Positions 12,225-24,800 of a stretch of 64,000 nt of DNA are shown one piece after another. Source of the stretch: Macrostomum lignano (Eukaryota); contig NIVC01000722.1 in the NCBI GenBank assembly GCA_002269645.1, forward strand, positions 157,963 through 221,962, written 5' to 3'. Made by a program: the position numbers and the translations under genes. The notes under the pieces are model-generated. The model was not told the origin of the DNA. It saw only the letters and a program-made list of their open reading frames with translations, and did not search any database. Position 1 is the stretch's first letter; each line of letters begins with the position of its first letter.

Positions 12225-14235
12225 ATCTACTGATTCTAAATACCCCATCTACTGATTCTGAATACCCCATCTATTGATTCTGAATACCACATCTACTGAT
12301 TCTAAATACCCCATCTACTGATTCTAAATACCCCATCTACTGATTCTAAATACCCCATCTACTGCTTCTAAATACCCCATCTACTGCTTCTAAATACCCC
12401 ATCTACTGATTCTAAATACCCCATCTACAGATTCTGAATACCCCATCTACTGATTCTAAATACCCCATCTACTGACTCTAAATACCCCATCTACTGATTC
12501 TGAATACCTCATCTACTGATTCTGAATACCCCATCTACTGATTCTAAATACCCCATCTACTGATTCTAAATACCCCATTTACTGGTTCTAAATCCTTTAC
12601 TGATTCTAAATACCCCATCTACTGATTCTAAATACCCCATCTACTGATTCTGAATACCCCATCTACTGATTCTGAATACCCAATTTACTGATTCTAAATA
12701 CCCCATCTAATGATTCTGAATACCACATCTACTGATTCTAAATACCCCATCTACTGATTCTGAATACCCCATCTACTGATTCTAAATACCCTATCTACAG
12801 ATTCTGAATACCCCATCTACTGATTCTAAATACTCCATCTACTGATTCTAAATACCCCATCTACTGATTCTGAATACCCCATCAACTGATTCTAAATACC
12901 CCATCTACTGATTCTAAATACCCCATCTACTGATTCTAAATACCCCATCTACTGATTCTAAATACCCCATCTACTGATTCTAAATACCCCATCTACTGAT
13001 TCTAAATACCCCATCTACAGATTCTGAATACCCCATCTACAGATTCTGAATACCCCATCTACAGATTCTAAATACCCCATCTACTGATTCTAAATACCCC
13101 ATCTACTGATTCTGAATACCCCATCTACTGATTCTGAATACCCCATCTACTGATTCTGAATACCCCATCTACTGATTCTAAATACCACATCTACTGATTC
13201 TAAATACCCCATCTACTGATTCTGAATACCCCATCTACTGATTCTGAATACCCAATTTACTGATTCTAAATACCCCATCTACTGATTCTAAATACCCCAT
13301 CTACAGATTCTGAATACCCCATCTACTGATTCTAAATACCCCATCTACTGACTCTAAATACCCCATCTACTGATTCTGAATACCCCATCTACTGATTCTG
13401 AATACCCCATCTACTGATTCTGAATACCCCATCTACTGATTCTAAATACCCCATTTACTGATTCTAAATCCTTTATTGATTCTAAATACCCCATCTACTG
13501 ATTCTAAATACCCCATCTACTGATTCTGAATACCCATCTACTGATTCTGAATACCCAATTTACTGATTCTAATACCCCATCTACTGATTCTGAATACCAC
13601 ATCTACTGATTCTGAATACCCCATCTACTGATTCTAAATACCCTATCTACTGATTCTGAATACCCTATCTACTGATTCTAAATACCCATCTACTGATTCT
13701 AAATACCCCATCTACTGATTCTAAATACCCCATCTACTGATTCTAAATACCCCATCTACTGATTCTAAATACCCCATCTACTGATTCTAAATACCCCATC
13801 TACTGATTCTAAATACCCCATCTACTGATTCTAAATACCCCATCTACTGATTCTAAATACCCCATCTACAGATTCTAAATACCCCATCTACAGATTCTGA
13901 ATACCCCATCTACAGATTCTGAATACCCCATCTACTGATTCTAAATACCCCATCTACTGATTCTGAATACCCCATCTACTGATTCTGAATACCCCATCTA
14001 CTGATTCTGAATACCCCATCTACTGATTCTGAATACCCCATCTACTGATTCTAAATACCCCATCTACTGATTCTAAATACCCCATCTACTGATTCTGAAT
14101 ACCCCATCTACTGATTCTAAATACCCCATCTACTGATTCTAAATACCCATCTACTGATTCTGAATACCCATCTACTGATTCTGAATACCCATCTACTGAT
14201 TCTAAATACCCCATCTACTGATTCTAAATACCCCA
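12225..14235. repeat. 22-bp intronic minisatellite (CTACTGATTCT[A/G]AATACCCCAT), about 90 copies
   Basis: Fills essentially all of CCDC148 intron 3. Confidence 0.98.
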
Positions 14236-14314
14236 TTTACGTGTTTCTTCAAGAAGCGCCCATTCACTTTCTCCATACACATTTAATACCCATCTAAATA
14301 TCCCCTGGACGCAC

Positions 14315-14767
14315 CTTCTCGCACAATATCCTCCTCCTCGTGCTGCCAGGCCTGAGCAAAGGTGGCCTCAATTTTCACAAGCAGTTCGGCTCGGGCCCGG
14401 CGCCAACTAGCGGCCAGCACGTGGCGCCGTTCGCACCAAGCGCGCCAGGCCGTCAGCCAGTCGCCGTGGTCGGCCAGCTGCTGCCGGGTCCTGGCCGGAA
14501 ACGTCCGCTCCAGCCGGTCGGCGCACAGGCTGTGCCGATTGAACACGACCGGGCCAGTCAGGTATTCGTCTCTGATCAGTTCGAATAGCCTGTGCTCAGC
14601 TTCCGGCCAGCCGCCGAATGGCGCTTTAGCCAGGGTGGTCGAGAATTTCTCTCGAAGCTCGGCTAGACGCTCCAGATAGCGCTGATCAAGCAGGATGAAC
14701 TCCTGCAGGGCTTCCGCTTTTAAATCGTCCGACGGGCACTCCAGATCCCAGGCCTCCTCTGGTATGC
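14315..14767 (-). CDS. CCDC148: CCDC148 coding exon 3
   Basis: LECPSDDLKAEALQEF...DRLERTFPARTRQQL; acceptor gacag|GC (phase 1), donor GAAG|gtgcgt (phase 1). Confidence 0.88.
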
Positions 14768-14799
14768 CTGTCATTGTTTAACGGGAGGACAGAGCTTGT

Positions 14800-15300
14800 C
14801 TTTGTTCCCGTCGCTGAAGTCTTTGTTCCCGTCTGCTGAATCTTTGTTCCTATCTATGGAAGTCTTTGTTCTTGTCTGCTGAAGTATTTGTTCCCGTCTG
14901 CTGAAGTCTTTGTTCCCATCTATGGAAGTCTTTGTTCCCGTCTGCTGAAGTCTTTGTTCCCATCTATGGAAGTCTTTGTTCCCGTCTGCTGAAGTCTTTG
15001 TTCCCATCTATTGAAGTCTTTGTTTGTTCTTGTCTGCTGAAGTCTTTGTTCCCGTCGAGGAAGTCTGTTCCCATCTATGGAAGTCTTTGTTCCCGTCTGC
15101 TGAAGTCTTTGTTCCCATCTATGGAAGTCTTTGTTCCCGTCTGCTGAAGTCTTTGTTCCCATCTATTGAAGTCTTTGTTTGTTCTTGTCTGCTGAAGTCT
15201 TTGTTCCCGTCGAGGAAGTCTGTTCCCATCTATGGAAGTCTTTGTTCCCATCTACCGAAGTCTTTGTTCCCATCTATGGAAGTCATTGTTCCCATCTACA
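14800..15300. repeat. 22-bp minisatellite, alternating GAAGTCTTTGTTCCCGTCTGCT / GAAGTCTTTGTTCCCATCTATG
   Basis: Tandem dimeric units just inside CCDC148 intron 2. Confidence 0.95.
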
Positions 15301-16559
15301 GTGGGCACTTTAGGCGTAGAAGCAATGCAAGGGGCGTTAGAGTTCCAACCCGCGAAAGTTCTTTGCTACTTTTCCTCACTAATGCGAAACTTTTCACCAC
15401 TTTTCGGAACTTATCAGTATAGGAAATGTTTAGTTTCGTGGTTTGCCATGCGTAGGCCAAAATTTCCATGATTGGAAATTTCGCAGTATGAGCCATAGAT
15501 AAGAGGACAGAAAAAGTTAATTCATAGCCAACTGTCGGAATTGATTGCAAATTGTTTGAATTGATTGCAAAGTGTCGGTTTCTCGTGGTAGCTTGTTTGC
15601 TTTGTTTGAAAATTGTCGCTTTTGAAAGCACATTTGTCGGAATTGAATGCACGTCCGGCCAAGAACTACCATAAACTGTCTGAATTGAATGAAAAGATTT
15701 TGACTTTGATTGCACTTTTGCCAAAATAGAATGGAAAAAAGTGTAGAAGGCCGCCATAAAAGTGCGGCTGGACTTGGTGGTGGACATTTAATGTGATTGA
15801 ATGGCGCCGTTTTGCGTCTTGTGAGACTTGCGAATGTATTTCTTTATTTTCTTTACGTACCTATGTAGCACTAAGAGTTGTAGCACTTTTTGGACATGTG
15901 CGGGACAATTTTTTTTTTTTTTAAAACTCTCGACTGTGTTTTTAACCATTCAAATTTTAAAACCTAAATTCTAAACCTAAAAACCTAATATGACAAGAAG
16001 GACACTACGTCACGCTATTGGTGTGGGCAGCAAATCAGTGAATGCTCAGAAGCTGGCGCATCGGTTTACAGAGGTGGCATGCCGGCACAGAACGATAACA
16101 ATATTGACTGGTTGACGACGTCATAGTCGGAATGGTGCCAACAAGACCCACGTCCCCAGCCGCCCCGACTTCTCCTCGTGCCATAGACAGGTCGGAGCTG
16201 GCCATGGAAATATTCTGGTCGGATGAGCCACTGGCAACCCGGATAGCGGAGGCTGCATCCGCGTCACCAGAGGTGAAGTGGCTACCAGAAGCCCTGCCTC
16301 CTCTGTTTACTCCGTGTCACCAGAGCGCTAGCGGGACAAGTGTCAGACTTTTTGGGGGGGGAGCTGGACTTATTGAGTGAAGAATCAGGCGCTGAGGTGG
16401 CATCGGCGCAGGGATGAGAGCGACTATGAGTCGGAGTAGTGAAATATTTCTCTTAGGCAGTGGAAATTGTCCTGGCATCCGTCATCATTCTTGTTATAGC
16501 TTGCATCCGCGACTACAGCAATGGCATGGAACAAAAACCCTTTCCACCTGACCTGCGAC

Positions 16560-17010
16560 TGTAGCATCAAGTTGCTCGACCTCCGCAAAGCCTACCCGCG
16601 CGTCAATAAACCGGCGTTGTGGCAACTCCTTACGCACTACGGAATGCCAGCGACGGCTATCGACAAGCTACGAGATCTGCACGAGGCAACGGCGTATGTG
16701 GTCATCTCTGACGAAGAAAAAAGCACACCCTCCTACCCACAGCGGGGACTGAGAGAAGGATGTGCCACATCGCCGGTACTGTTCAACATATACCACCAAG
16801 CCGCTATACGTCGTGCCAAGAAAGAAAGGCCGCAGCCGACGGAACCGACCAAACTTTTGGAATTCGCTGGACGTGTAGGTCAGGACATAGCCTCCCCCCC
16901 GCAACTCGCAGACAAGTACGAGGAAACGACGACAAGAACCATCGTCGTCGGAGCTACGAACGAAATTGAGCAAGGGACGAAGATCATGAAGGAAGCAATG
17001 AAGGAATTCG
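16560..17010 (+). mobile_element. Degenerate non-LTR (LINE, RTE-like) reverse transcriptase fragment
   Basis: LLDLRKAYPRVNKPALWQLL..YGMP and RGLREGCATSPVLFNIY match LINE RT motifs (DLxKAFD, GxRQGCxxSPxLFN); no YADD motif follows. Confidence 0.8.
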
Positions 17011-17146
17011 ATTTTATTTTATTACGTTTAGCAGATTATTAGCCCGGCCCAACCGCATATCTACGGCTTAGTGACGACCAATTTGTCTTATTATACCCTC
17101 AAGGAAATGGTCTCACGCACAAGCCTGAATGATTTCAAATATTTAG

Positions 17147-17437
17147 GACCACACTCGTGTTGAAATTCGAGATGTATGCACGGCCATCATCACAACTCTT
17201 CCGGGCCTTCGCGACAGTTCAGACGACGGCCTCCGATTTTGGCGCATAAAATTGAGCCGGCGGTTAAAAGAACTCCGCGGCAAGATCCTATCAGAATGTA
17301 GCAGTCCTGCCGTGCAAAAGAGCCGCGAGAAGTTCGCACGCAAACGCAAGCAAATAGATAAGACCGAAGGCACGAGCGCTAACAGTGATGGCATGGCACT
17401 TGTGGATGATGATGAGGGAGGCAATTATGAAAATTAA
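17147..17437 (+). pseudogene. Exon-like fragment resembling SAMD3-like / transposon-associated proteins
   Basis: After tttag| reads DHTRVEIRDVCTAIITTLPGLRDSSDDGLRFWRIKLSRRLKELRGK; similarity recalled from memory only. Confidence 0.3.
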
Positions 17438-18074
17438 GATCTAAGTGCAGATGAAGAACCAGCTGCTAAAAGCGTCCATCTGGGCACCTGCGAGGCCGAC
17501 GACAATCCTTCGAAGCACGAGGAGGCCAGGCTTTTTCTTAACGCAAACTTCCGTTTCTTTAGAGCCTGGAAGATACAGACGACGACGACCAAAAGCTGAA
17601 GGCTTCAGTTTGCCTTCTTATCTGAAGGCTTCAGTTTGCCTTCTTATCTGAAGGCTTCAGTTTGCCTTCTTATCTTATTGGACGCCTGTGATGATGCGAC
17701 CCATTGGTCATTTTTTTCACCCGATCTGCCCGTCCGCATTGTTCGACAGGATGATGTCTGGCGTGGTGTCGTTAATGGAGCGCACTTGCGACTACATTAT
17801 CTGATGCGTTGCGTTAAATTGAACACGGTGCAGAGTGGTTTCGTCACTAAATTTTTTTTGTGTAATTTCATTATAAAAGGTTTAGGGTCACTTATTATTA
17901 ATTAGCGCAATGTTAATCGCAATTTAAAAAATGCGCTGCCTGCAATTACAAAGTAATAAATTATGAGGCTAAGATGCAAAGCGAAGACTATATATGACTT
18001 GTGATTTATATAATAAATACTTGAATTTCCAATGCAGTAAGCGCCTGCATCCAAAGACTGAACTGCTGGTCAGT

Positions 18075-18268
18075 ATTTGTGAATCATCGTCTGTCACACC
18101 CACTTTACTTCCCAGTAAACACTGGTACCCTTTGTAAGCAGGGTAAATTGAAACAGTATGGGATTAAGTGTCTTGAATAATTCAACAAATTATTAGCCTG
18201 CGTGAGCTAGGATTCGAACCCGTAACCTTAGGGCCACAAGTACACCACGCTAATTGCAATAGGCCATA
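18075..18268 (-). mobile_element. Degenerate tRNA-derived SINE
   Basis: Minus-strand B-box GGTTCGAATCC (18210-18220), A-box-like TGGCCTATTGCAATTAGCG near 18248-18266, and a GGTACC...TAAGTGTCTTG body typical of invertebrate SINE2 families. Confidence 0.6.
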
Positions 18269-19130
18269 AGTAACTCCCTATAACCTAATATATCTGTACT
18301 ATAGTAATTGTAGTCGTTTTGCTTATATGGTTAAAATAACAAAAGAACTTTTGTATGCACTTTTTGTTGAATTTGCGAATTTATATAGCACGTATAATAC
18401 TGACATATTTAGTTTCTAAAATTGCGCTTGTGTTCCACACAGTTTCATTTTCCATTTTCATTTGTCTTGGGCCACTTTCCCATTTGCTTCATCGCGCTTC
18501 CTCGTTGTCCTCTTTATTTCGCTGCGTGTGTGCTTATCTTTTGGGGGAGGCGGTGTGCACTAACGTAAGCAAAAGAGTAGAGATTACTGGTGGAGCAGTG
18601 CACGGCCTGACAGAAGGTAAAGTTACTCAGACCGCTTTTTGCTTCATGATTAAGTCAGCCGGTCAGCAAAGTTTCGGGACTTAGTTGGCATCTTCCCTGT
18701 ACAAGACCTCAATGCAGAGAGGCTCTACATCAGTGCATCCAACAGATGATGCTAGTGCTGCATAAAATTTGTTTCTCGGTCGTCAGACGCTTCTATACTT
18801 GTTGTGTAGTTGGTTTGCATCCGTACATGTACATACAGGTAACAGATATGTACATCTGTTTTCCAATATCGATTTGTCACTGGCTGGAGTATAAAGTCAG
18901 AATGCCAACTTGAGCTAAAGGTCGTATTTACCCCAAATCGGTCAGTCTGACTTTCTCAACACAACACAAAAACACTGTTTCTATGTTAAGGACGTCTTGA
19001 ACTTAGTGTCACTAATTCACTATTTCACTAATTCACAAAAGGAATTCGTGTGCCCAAGTTTTCTGCCAATTATGCAAGAGTTGTCGAGGGCACTTTTTGC
19101 CGACGTTAAACACATCGACATTGAAGCTGA

Positions 19131-19625
19131 CAAGCCTGGAAAGATGGCGCACAAACCAACTGGCGCCATTCTGCAACCCAACAGAATCGAAAACCCACTC
19201 GCCGTTAACACTTTTCCACGAGTCCACTATCAGCGCCCGCAATTCCGTGTACTACGGCTATTGTGAGACTGCAAGGAGTCGTGAAAATATGTCTGTAGTT
19301 GTAGAATGTCCTGAACGTCAGAATAACGACAATCGGCAAGCACAAGAGGGAAATCAGCCGCGATGAACCTGTTCGTTTATCGTTAAATTGGAAACTTGGT
19401 TTGTGATGACGTACAGTTGTGTGAGTTATTTTTTTATTTGTAGTTGTGTTGAGTTGTGTGAGGGAGGTTGAAAGGAAGTGGGGAAGGGATGTGCATTGTC
19501 GCGATGGTCTTTGTTGCTTGCGTACGGTACTTGCTAAATATATGGAAGCGACTGGCTTTTTAGGAGCCTCAATTTTTCTTCTGCAGTAGACACGGTAGAC
19601 AAAATGATTAAGACTCGTAAGTGCT
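19131..19625. repeat. 495-bp direct duplication, left copy (flanks the Gypsy element)
   Basis: Matches 29128-29622 with one substitution seen by eye. Confidence 0.95.
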
Positions 19626-19630
19626 GTAAG

Positions 19631-20484
19631 TGTAGTGACTGGCTGCTACTGGTTATTCAGCAGCATTCACTAGCTTTCCTTATGAGTGCTGTGATCCGCT
19701 GCACAGTATCTCAGTCCACCTGAGCTAGTGAGAGAGTTACCCTGTGCTGGGCCTAAGTGTTTACTGCCCGATGACTCATCGCCTGAGCGGGCGCGGGCAG
19801 CCACACTCAATGCCTTCCCACTCGCGCTGAGGAGGCGTAGCAGGATGACTCATCACCTGCGCGGAGTGTAAGGGCTGCCTAGAGGGAGTAAACAGGATGA
19901 CTCATCCGCCCACGTTTCTATTTTTAGCACAGACTAAGCACGTGACTGTGCACGCACTCTGTGCGTGGCCGCTGACCTTGAGTCACGCCACTGCTGCGTG
20001 ACAGGGTTGCCTTATTTGGAAGTTGGCCTTGGATCACGCGTCGTTCGCATGATTCCAATGCCCAAATAAGGAAGTTTCACGCGCTCACCGCATGAAACTC
20101 ACGTGACTTTTGGGGGTCAGCTCGGCTATAAATACGGAGCATCTGCGAGCCATTTTTCTCCAGACTGCGTCGTCTCGCGGAGCATTGTGGCTAACTCGTG
20201 AAGCCTCTGCCTCCGAGCTCTCCTCTCTCATTTCAGGTTTTACAGGTTTCAGGTCCGAGCAGCATTCAACTAAGACGATCGACTGTCGAGACATTTTCAG
20301 ATTTGGCCTTTGCTCCGAGTGTCTTCGTTAATTTTATTTTCAGGTGACGGATAGACAACTCTGCCGACGCGTCGAGTCCGCACACCAAGGTGGCACTGGC
20401 AGCAACCCTACCAAGTAACGGCAACGTTTTAGGTTCATTTTTCAGGCAAATCGTTAACACCAGAAGCAAAGGGCAAACGTTACA
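19631..20484 (+). repeat. 5' LTR, 854 bp (TG...CA)
   Basis: Starts TGTAGT, ends GTTACA before the PBS; TATAAATA at 20127-20134. Confidence 0.93.
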
Positions 20485-20485
20485 C

Positions 20486-20509
20486 TGGTGGCACAGCGGT
20501 GAGATTCGA
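20486..20509 (+). other. Primer-binding site, tRNA-Leu-like
   Basis: TGGTGGCA(CA)GCGGTGAGATTCGA versus the recalled tRNA-Leu complement TGGTGGCAGCGGTGGGATTCGA; 1 nt after the LTR. Confidence 0.7.
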
Positions 20510-20697
20510 GATTCGAGACAAAGGATTTGAGATTCGAGATTCGAGACAAAGGATTCGAGATTCGAGACAAAGGATTCGAGATACGGGATACAACAAGCAA
20601 GCAGGAGAACGTTACCGAATCGACGTCAACGTCACTCAACTATCACCCTTTCGGACACGTCATCAGTCACGCCTACCACGACTAAGTCAGCATCAAG

Positions 20698-21876
20698 ATG
20701 TCTCACGACAGTGATCGAGAAGATCTCATCGGTGATCAGCAGCACACGCGTCAGGACAACGGAAACTCCGCCGCAGCTGCTGCAGGTTCGCCCATACCAT
20801 GTGGTTTAAGATTTAATTTTAGAGACGAATCAAGAGAGGAGGAGGAAGATCCATTTGCAGGACTCAACAACCTCGGACGTGACACCAACCCGGACATGAT
20901 CCGCAGGATGCTGCAGGCCATGCAACGTCAGCTCGATCTACAGCCTAAGAAGCAAGTCAAGATGAAGAGCTATACGCCATCGCAGGACATCCGCGTTTGG
21001 TTAAAGGCTTTCGACCTACGATGCGAGGCAGAAGATCTACAGGATGAAGACGACAAGAAGGCCCAATTACTGGCGAATTTAGACTTAAATTCGGCCTACG
21101 CCGCGGTACTTCGCATGAGGCTGCCCGACCGCATCAGCTATCGACAGCTTCAGCAACGACTAATAGAGAGATTCGCACGACTCTCAGGACCAGACGAATA
21201 TCGAGAAGAATTCAGAGGTCGCAGCCAGCGCAAGAACGAATCAACGGAAGATTACGCAGATGCTCTGCAGGAGCTAGGAGAGCAAGCCTTCCCTTGGCTC
21301 GAGTCTCGCCATCTAGAGCAAGAATTGATTGACCAGTTCCTGCGCGGGATCCGCACGTCATCAGACTGCCGAGAGAAACTTTTCTGGATCCGACCTACGA
21401 CACTCAGCGAAGCCTTGCGAGCACTGAAGAGGATGGAACTAGCCAAAGACCTGGCTCATCGTTCGAAGGAGCCCCCGGTCAGAATGTTGGACGGGGAGGG
21501 ACAAGCCTCAAAGGAGCCCAACAACAGCGCCCTCTCGAAGTTGGAGAAAGTCGTTGAGCAACAAGCCGCAATGATGCAGCAGCAGCAGCATCTGCTCAAC
21601 ACGTTGGCTCAGCAAGTCACAGCCAATCAAGTGATCGGTCAAGCGAACCAACCGCCGCACTACACGTGCTACGAGTGTAATCAAGAAGGACACAAGGCGA
21701 GAGATTGTCCGTACAGACGCCAATCATCTCAGCAGTTTACGGGAAACGGCCGGCCGGAGGACGTAAACGGCAACGCCCCCCGAGCTCCAGCCCAGGCTAT
21801 GCAGCCGACACCGAACACGCCCCGGAAGAGTATGGCTCCGCAGCCGCGGCAGCTGACTCGTCCGAGTCGTCAGTAA
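20698..21876 (+). CDS. gag: Gag (Ty3-type capsid plus one CCHC zinc knuckle), 392 aa
   Basis: EEFRGRSQRKNESTEDYADALQEL...LIDQFLRGI capsid motifs; CYECNQEGHKARDC. Confidence 0.93.
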   Translation: MSHDSDREDLIGDQQHTRQDNGNSAAAAAGSPIPCGLRFNFRDESREEEEDPFAGLNNLGRDTNPDMIRRMLQAMQRQLDLQPKKQVKMKSYTPSQDIRVWLKAFDLRCEAEDLQDEDDKKAQLLANLDLNSAYAAVLRMRLPDRISYRQLQQRLIERFARLSGPDEYREEFRGRSQRKNESTEDYADALQELGEQAFPWLESRHLEQELIDQFLRGIRTSSDCREKLFWIRPTTLSEALRALKRMELAKDLAHRSKEPPVRMLDGEGQASKEPNNSALSKLEKVVEQQAAMMQQQQHLLNTLAQQVTANQVIGQANQPPHYTCYECNQEGHKARDCPYRRQSSQQFTGNGRPEDVNGNAPRAPAQAMQPTPNTPRKSMAPQPRQLTRPSRQ

Positions 21877-24800
21877 ACGAGGAAACGTTGGAAGGAGGTT
21901 TCGTGGACGCCTCCTTTGTAAATACTGTCCATGCGCGTGACGCCGACCCATTTATTACAGGACGAGTGGCTCGACGAGAGGTCGCCTTTCTGCTAGACAG
22001 CGGAAGCAGAAGAAACTTCCTCGGAGCGTCCACTTGGGCCGCCATTAGGCGTCGTTCACCACGTTGTATAGTCGCACCTGCTTATCCTAACCGAGTCGCT
22101 ATGTACGACGGGACCGAGTTAAGTCTCGCCGCCAAGGTTATCCTATCAATTGAATTCGGGGACTATGTCGCGGAAACCGAATTCTTCGTCGCCGAAGGAG
22201 ACTGTGAAAATCTTTTAGGAATCGATTTCATGCGGAGTCACTGCCAAGGACTGGACTTCCAGCAAGGAATGCTCACATTCCGACAAGGCACCCGGCTTCC
22301 CGTACGCTATTCAAGGAGAGAACTAAAGGCCTGCCGAGTGTACGTCGCTGAAAAATGCACTCTGCCGCCTCAATGTTCCTGCCTCGTCGCCATTAAACTA
22401 GCCGAAGGTCATCAGCAGAACTACGGTTCACCGATGATTATCGAACCGCTCAAATCAGGACTGCGAGCGAAGCATCACCAGTTAGACGCAGCCCCAGTCC
22501 TGCACACGATGACAGAAGGTCGAGGAGTGATGGAAGTACTCAACCCATCAGACACGGAGGTTCACTTGCGTCGCAACATGCTAATGGGAGTAGCCACGCC
22601 ACTGATGACCCAGGACCTCGAGTACTTCAGCGAGTCGAATGAGCCAGAAGTCCGTCAACTGATAACGACTGAAGAAACGACTGACAGTTGGATCAACGAG
22701 GTCGACATCGGAGACCAGCTGAACAGCCACCAGAAGCACCAGGTTCAAGAAGTACTCAAGGAATGCGAGAAGGCATTCTCCCTAACTCCGTTGGACCACG
22801 GACTGACACACCTGGTAACTCATGAGATTGTGCTCACCGATTCGACGCCAATCGCGATTCCTCCTCGCCGGATACCTCCGCATCTACGACCGCAACTGGA
22901 TCAGATGCTCGACGATATGCTGAAGAAAGGCATCATTCGGCCAACGTACTCCAGTTACAATTCGCCGATGATCCTAGTGCCAAAGAAGGACAAGACGATT
23001 CGCATCGTGCACGACTTCAGAGCGATCAACGATGTGACGCTGAAGCACCCGTACCCGATCCCGCACATTCAGGAAACTTTCGCCAAACTCAAAGGAGCGC
23101 AGTGGTACTCAAGCCTCGACCTGGTACAAGGCTTCTACCAGATTCCTCTCCGTGAGGAAGACCAGGACATCACTGCCTTCTCCGTGCTCGATCGTGGACA
23201 ATTCTGCTTCAAGGTGCTACCAATGGGACTCACCGACAGCCCCGGATCGTTCCAGCGTTGTATCAATCAACTGCTAGAAGGACTAGCACCGCAGGCCGCT
23301 CTTGGTTACATGGACGACATCGTTGTACACGCAGTGACGTTCGAAGATCACTTAGACCGTCTACGACAAGTCCTAAACCGAATTATAGCCGCCAACTTGA
23401 AGCTAAAACCGAAGAAATGCCATTTATTTAAAAAGGAGCTCCATTATCTAGGCCACGTGATTACGCCGGAAGGCCTACGGACAAGCGAAGACAAAATCGC
23501 GCAGATACGCAGTTGGCCAACGCCTCGGACTGTTCGTCAACTACGAAGCTTTCTTGGTCTCGCCAATTACTACAAGAAGTTCGTCGAAGATTACTCGGGC
23601 ATCGCGGCCCCGTTACACGCATTGACACGCAAGGACCTGCAAGGATTCCAGCGTCATTGGACGCAGCAGCATCAGACTGCCTTTGAGACTCTGAAGAGCA
23701 AGCTATGCTCAACCGAAGTACTCGCCCTCCCAGAGTTCAATGAGGATCCGAAGGTCAAGTTCATCCTGGATACCGACGCATCCGACACCCAAATCGGTGC
23801 ATGTCTAGGACAACTACAATCCGATGGAATAGAACGACCGATCGCCTTTTTCAGTCGCAAGCTCCGAGACCCGGAAGTTCGCTACACGGTCACCAAGCGG
23901 GAGCTACTGGCTATTGTCGATGCCATGCGACACTTTCGAGAATACTTAATAGGAAAGAAGTTTGAAGTAAGAAGTGACCATAAGGCCTTGCTCTGGCTGT
24001 TACGTCAGACTGAATCTACAGGGATTCTAGGTCGATGGGTCCAGAGGATCAGCGAATTTCAGTTCACCATCTCCCATCGCAAGGGTACTGACCACACCAA
24101 CGCCGACGCGCTATCAAGACGCCCGGACACGCCTCCGTTAGAATGCGATTACGGAGTACTCCAAGACGTCGACGCTGTCCTGGCTTGCCACCGCGAGGAG
24201 ACAGGAGACACCACTCAGCGTGAGTGTCGCCGCATTAAGGAAACTGATCCGGGCATCGATTCAGAGGCCACCGCACCAGCAGCCCTCTCAATCAAGACCC
24301 ACAATCGCGATCCAGAGGCAGAGACCGACTTGGACAACGAACCAGAGGCCACCGCACCTGCAGCCCTCTGCCGAGTTCTCCACTGTTCACGTCGAAGCCA
24401 GGAGACAGCAAGCTTGGATGAAGACACAGAGGCCACCGCACCAGCAGCCCTCTGCCGAGCCACCCACGCTCGCCGTCACTTCAAGGAGACCAATCTGGAT
24501 GAAGTTCAAGAGGCCACTGTACCCTCAGCCCTCTCCAACGACAGCCATCAGGTCTACCTACAGAGTTTGGAGACTGACTTGGACGAAGATTCGGAGGCCA
24601 CCGCTCCAGCAGCCCTCCCAGTCGAGCGCCACTGCTCAGATCTCGGTCGAAAATTTACCGCTGAGGAGTCCCGCTGCTCTTCCATGAGCCGACAGACTCA
24701 GCAGGTCGAGCCGTCTCGTTGCTCTTCCATGAGCCTGCAGCCGACCACCCATTATCAACGCGTGGACGATATGTCTTGCGCCATGACGCGCCTTCGTCCT

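Noticed and set aside
15300-15990. 163-aa minus-strand ORF or transposon fragment
   Set aside because: No recognisable motif, splice context or termini
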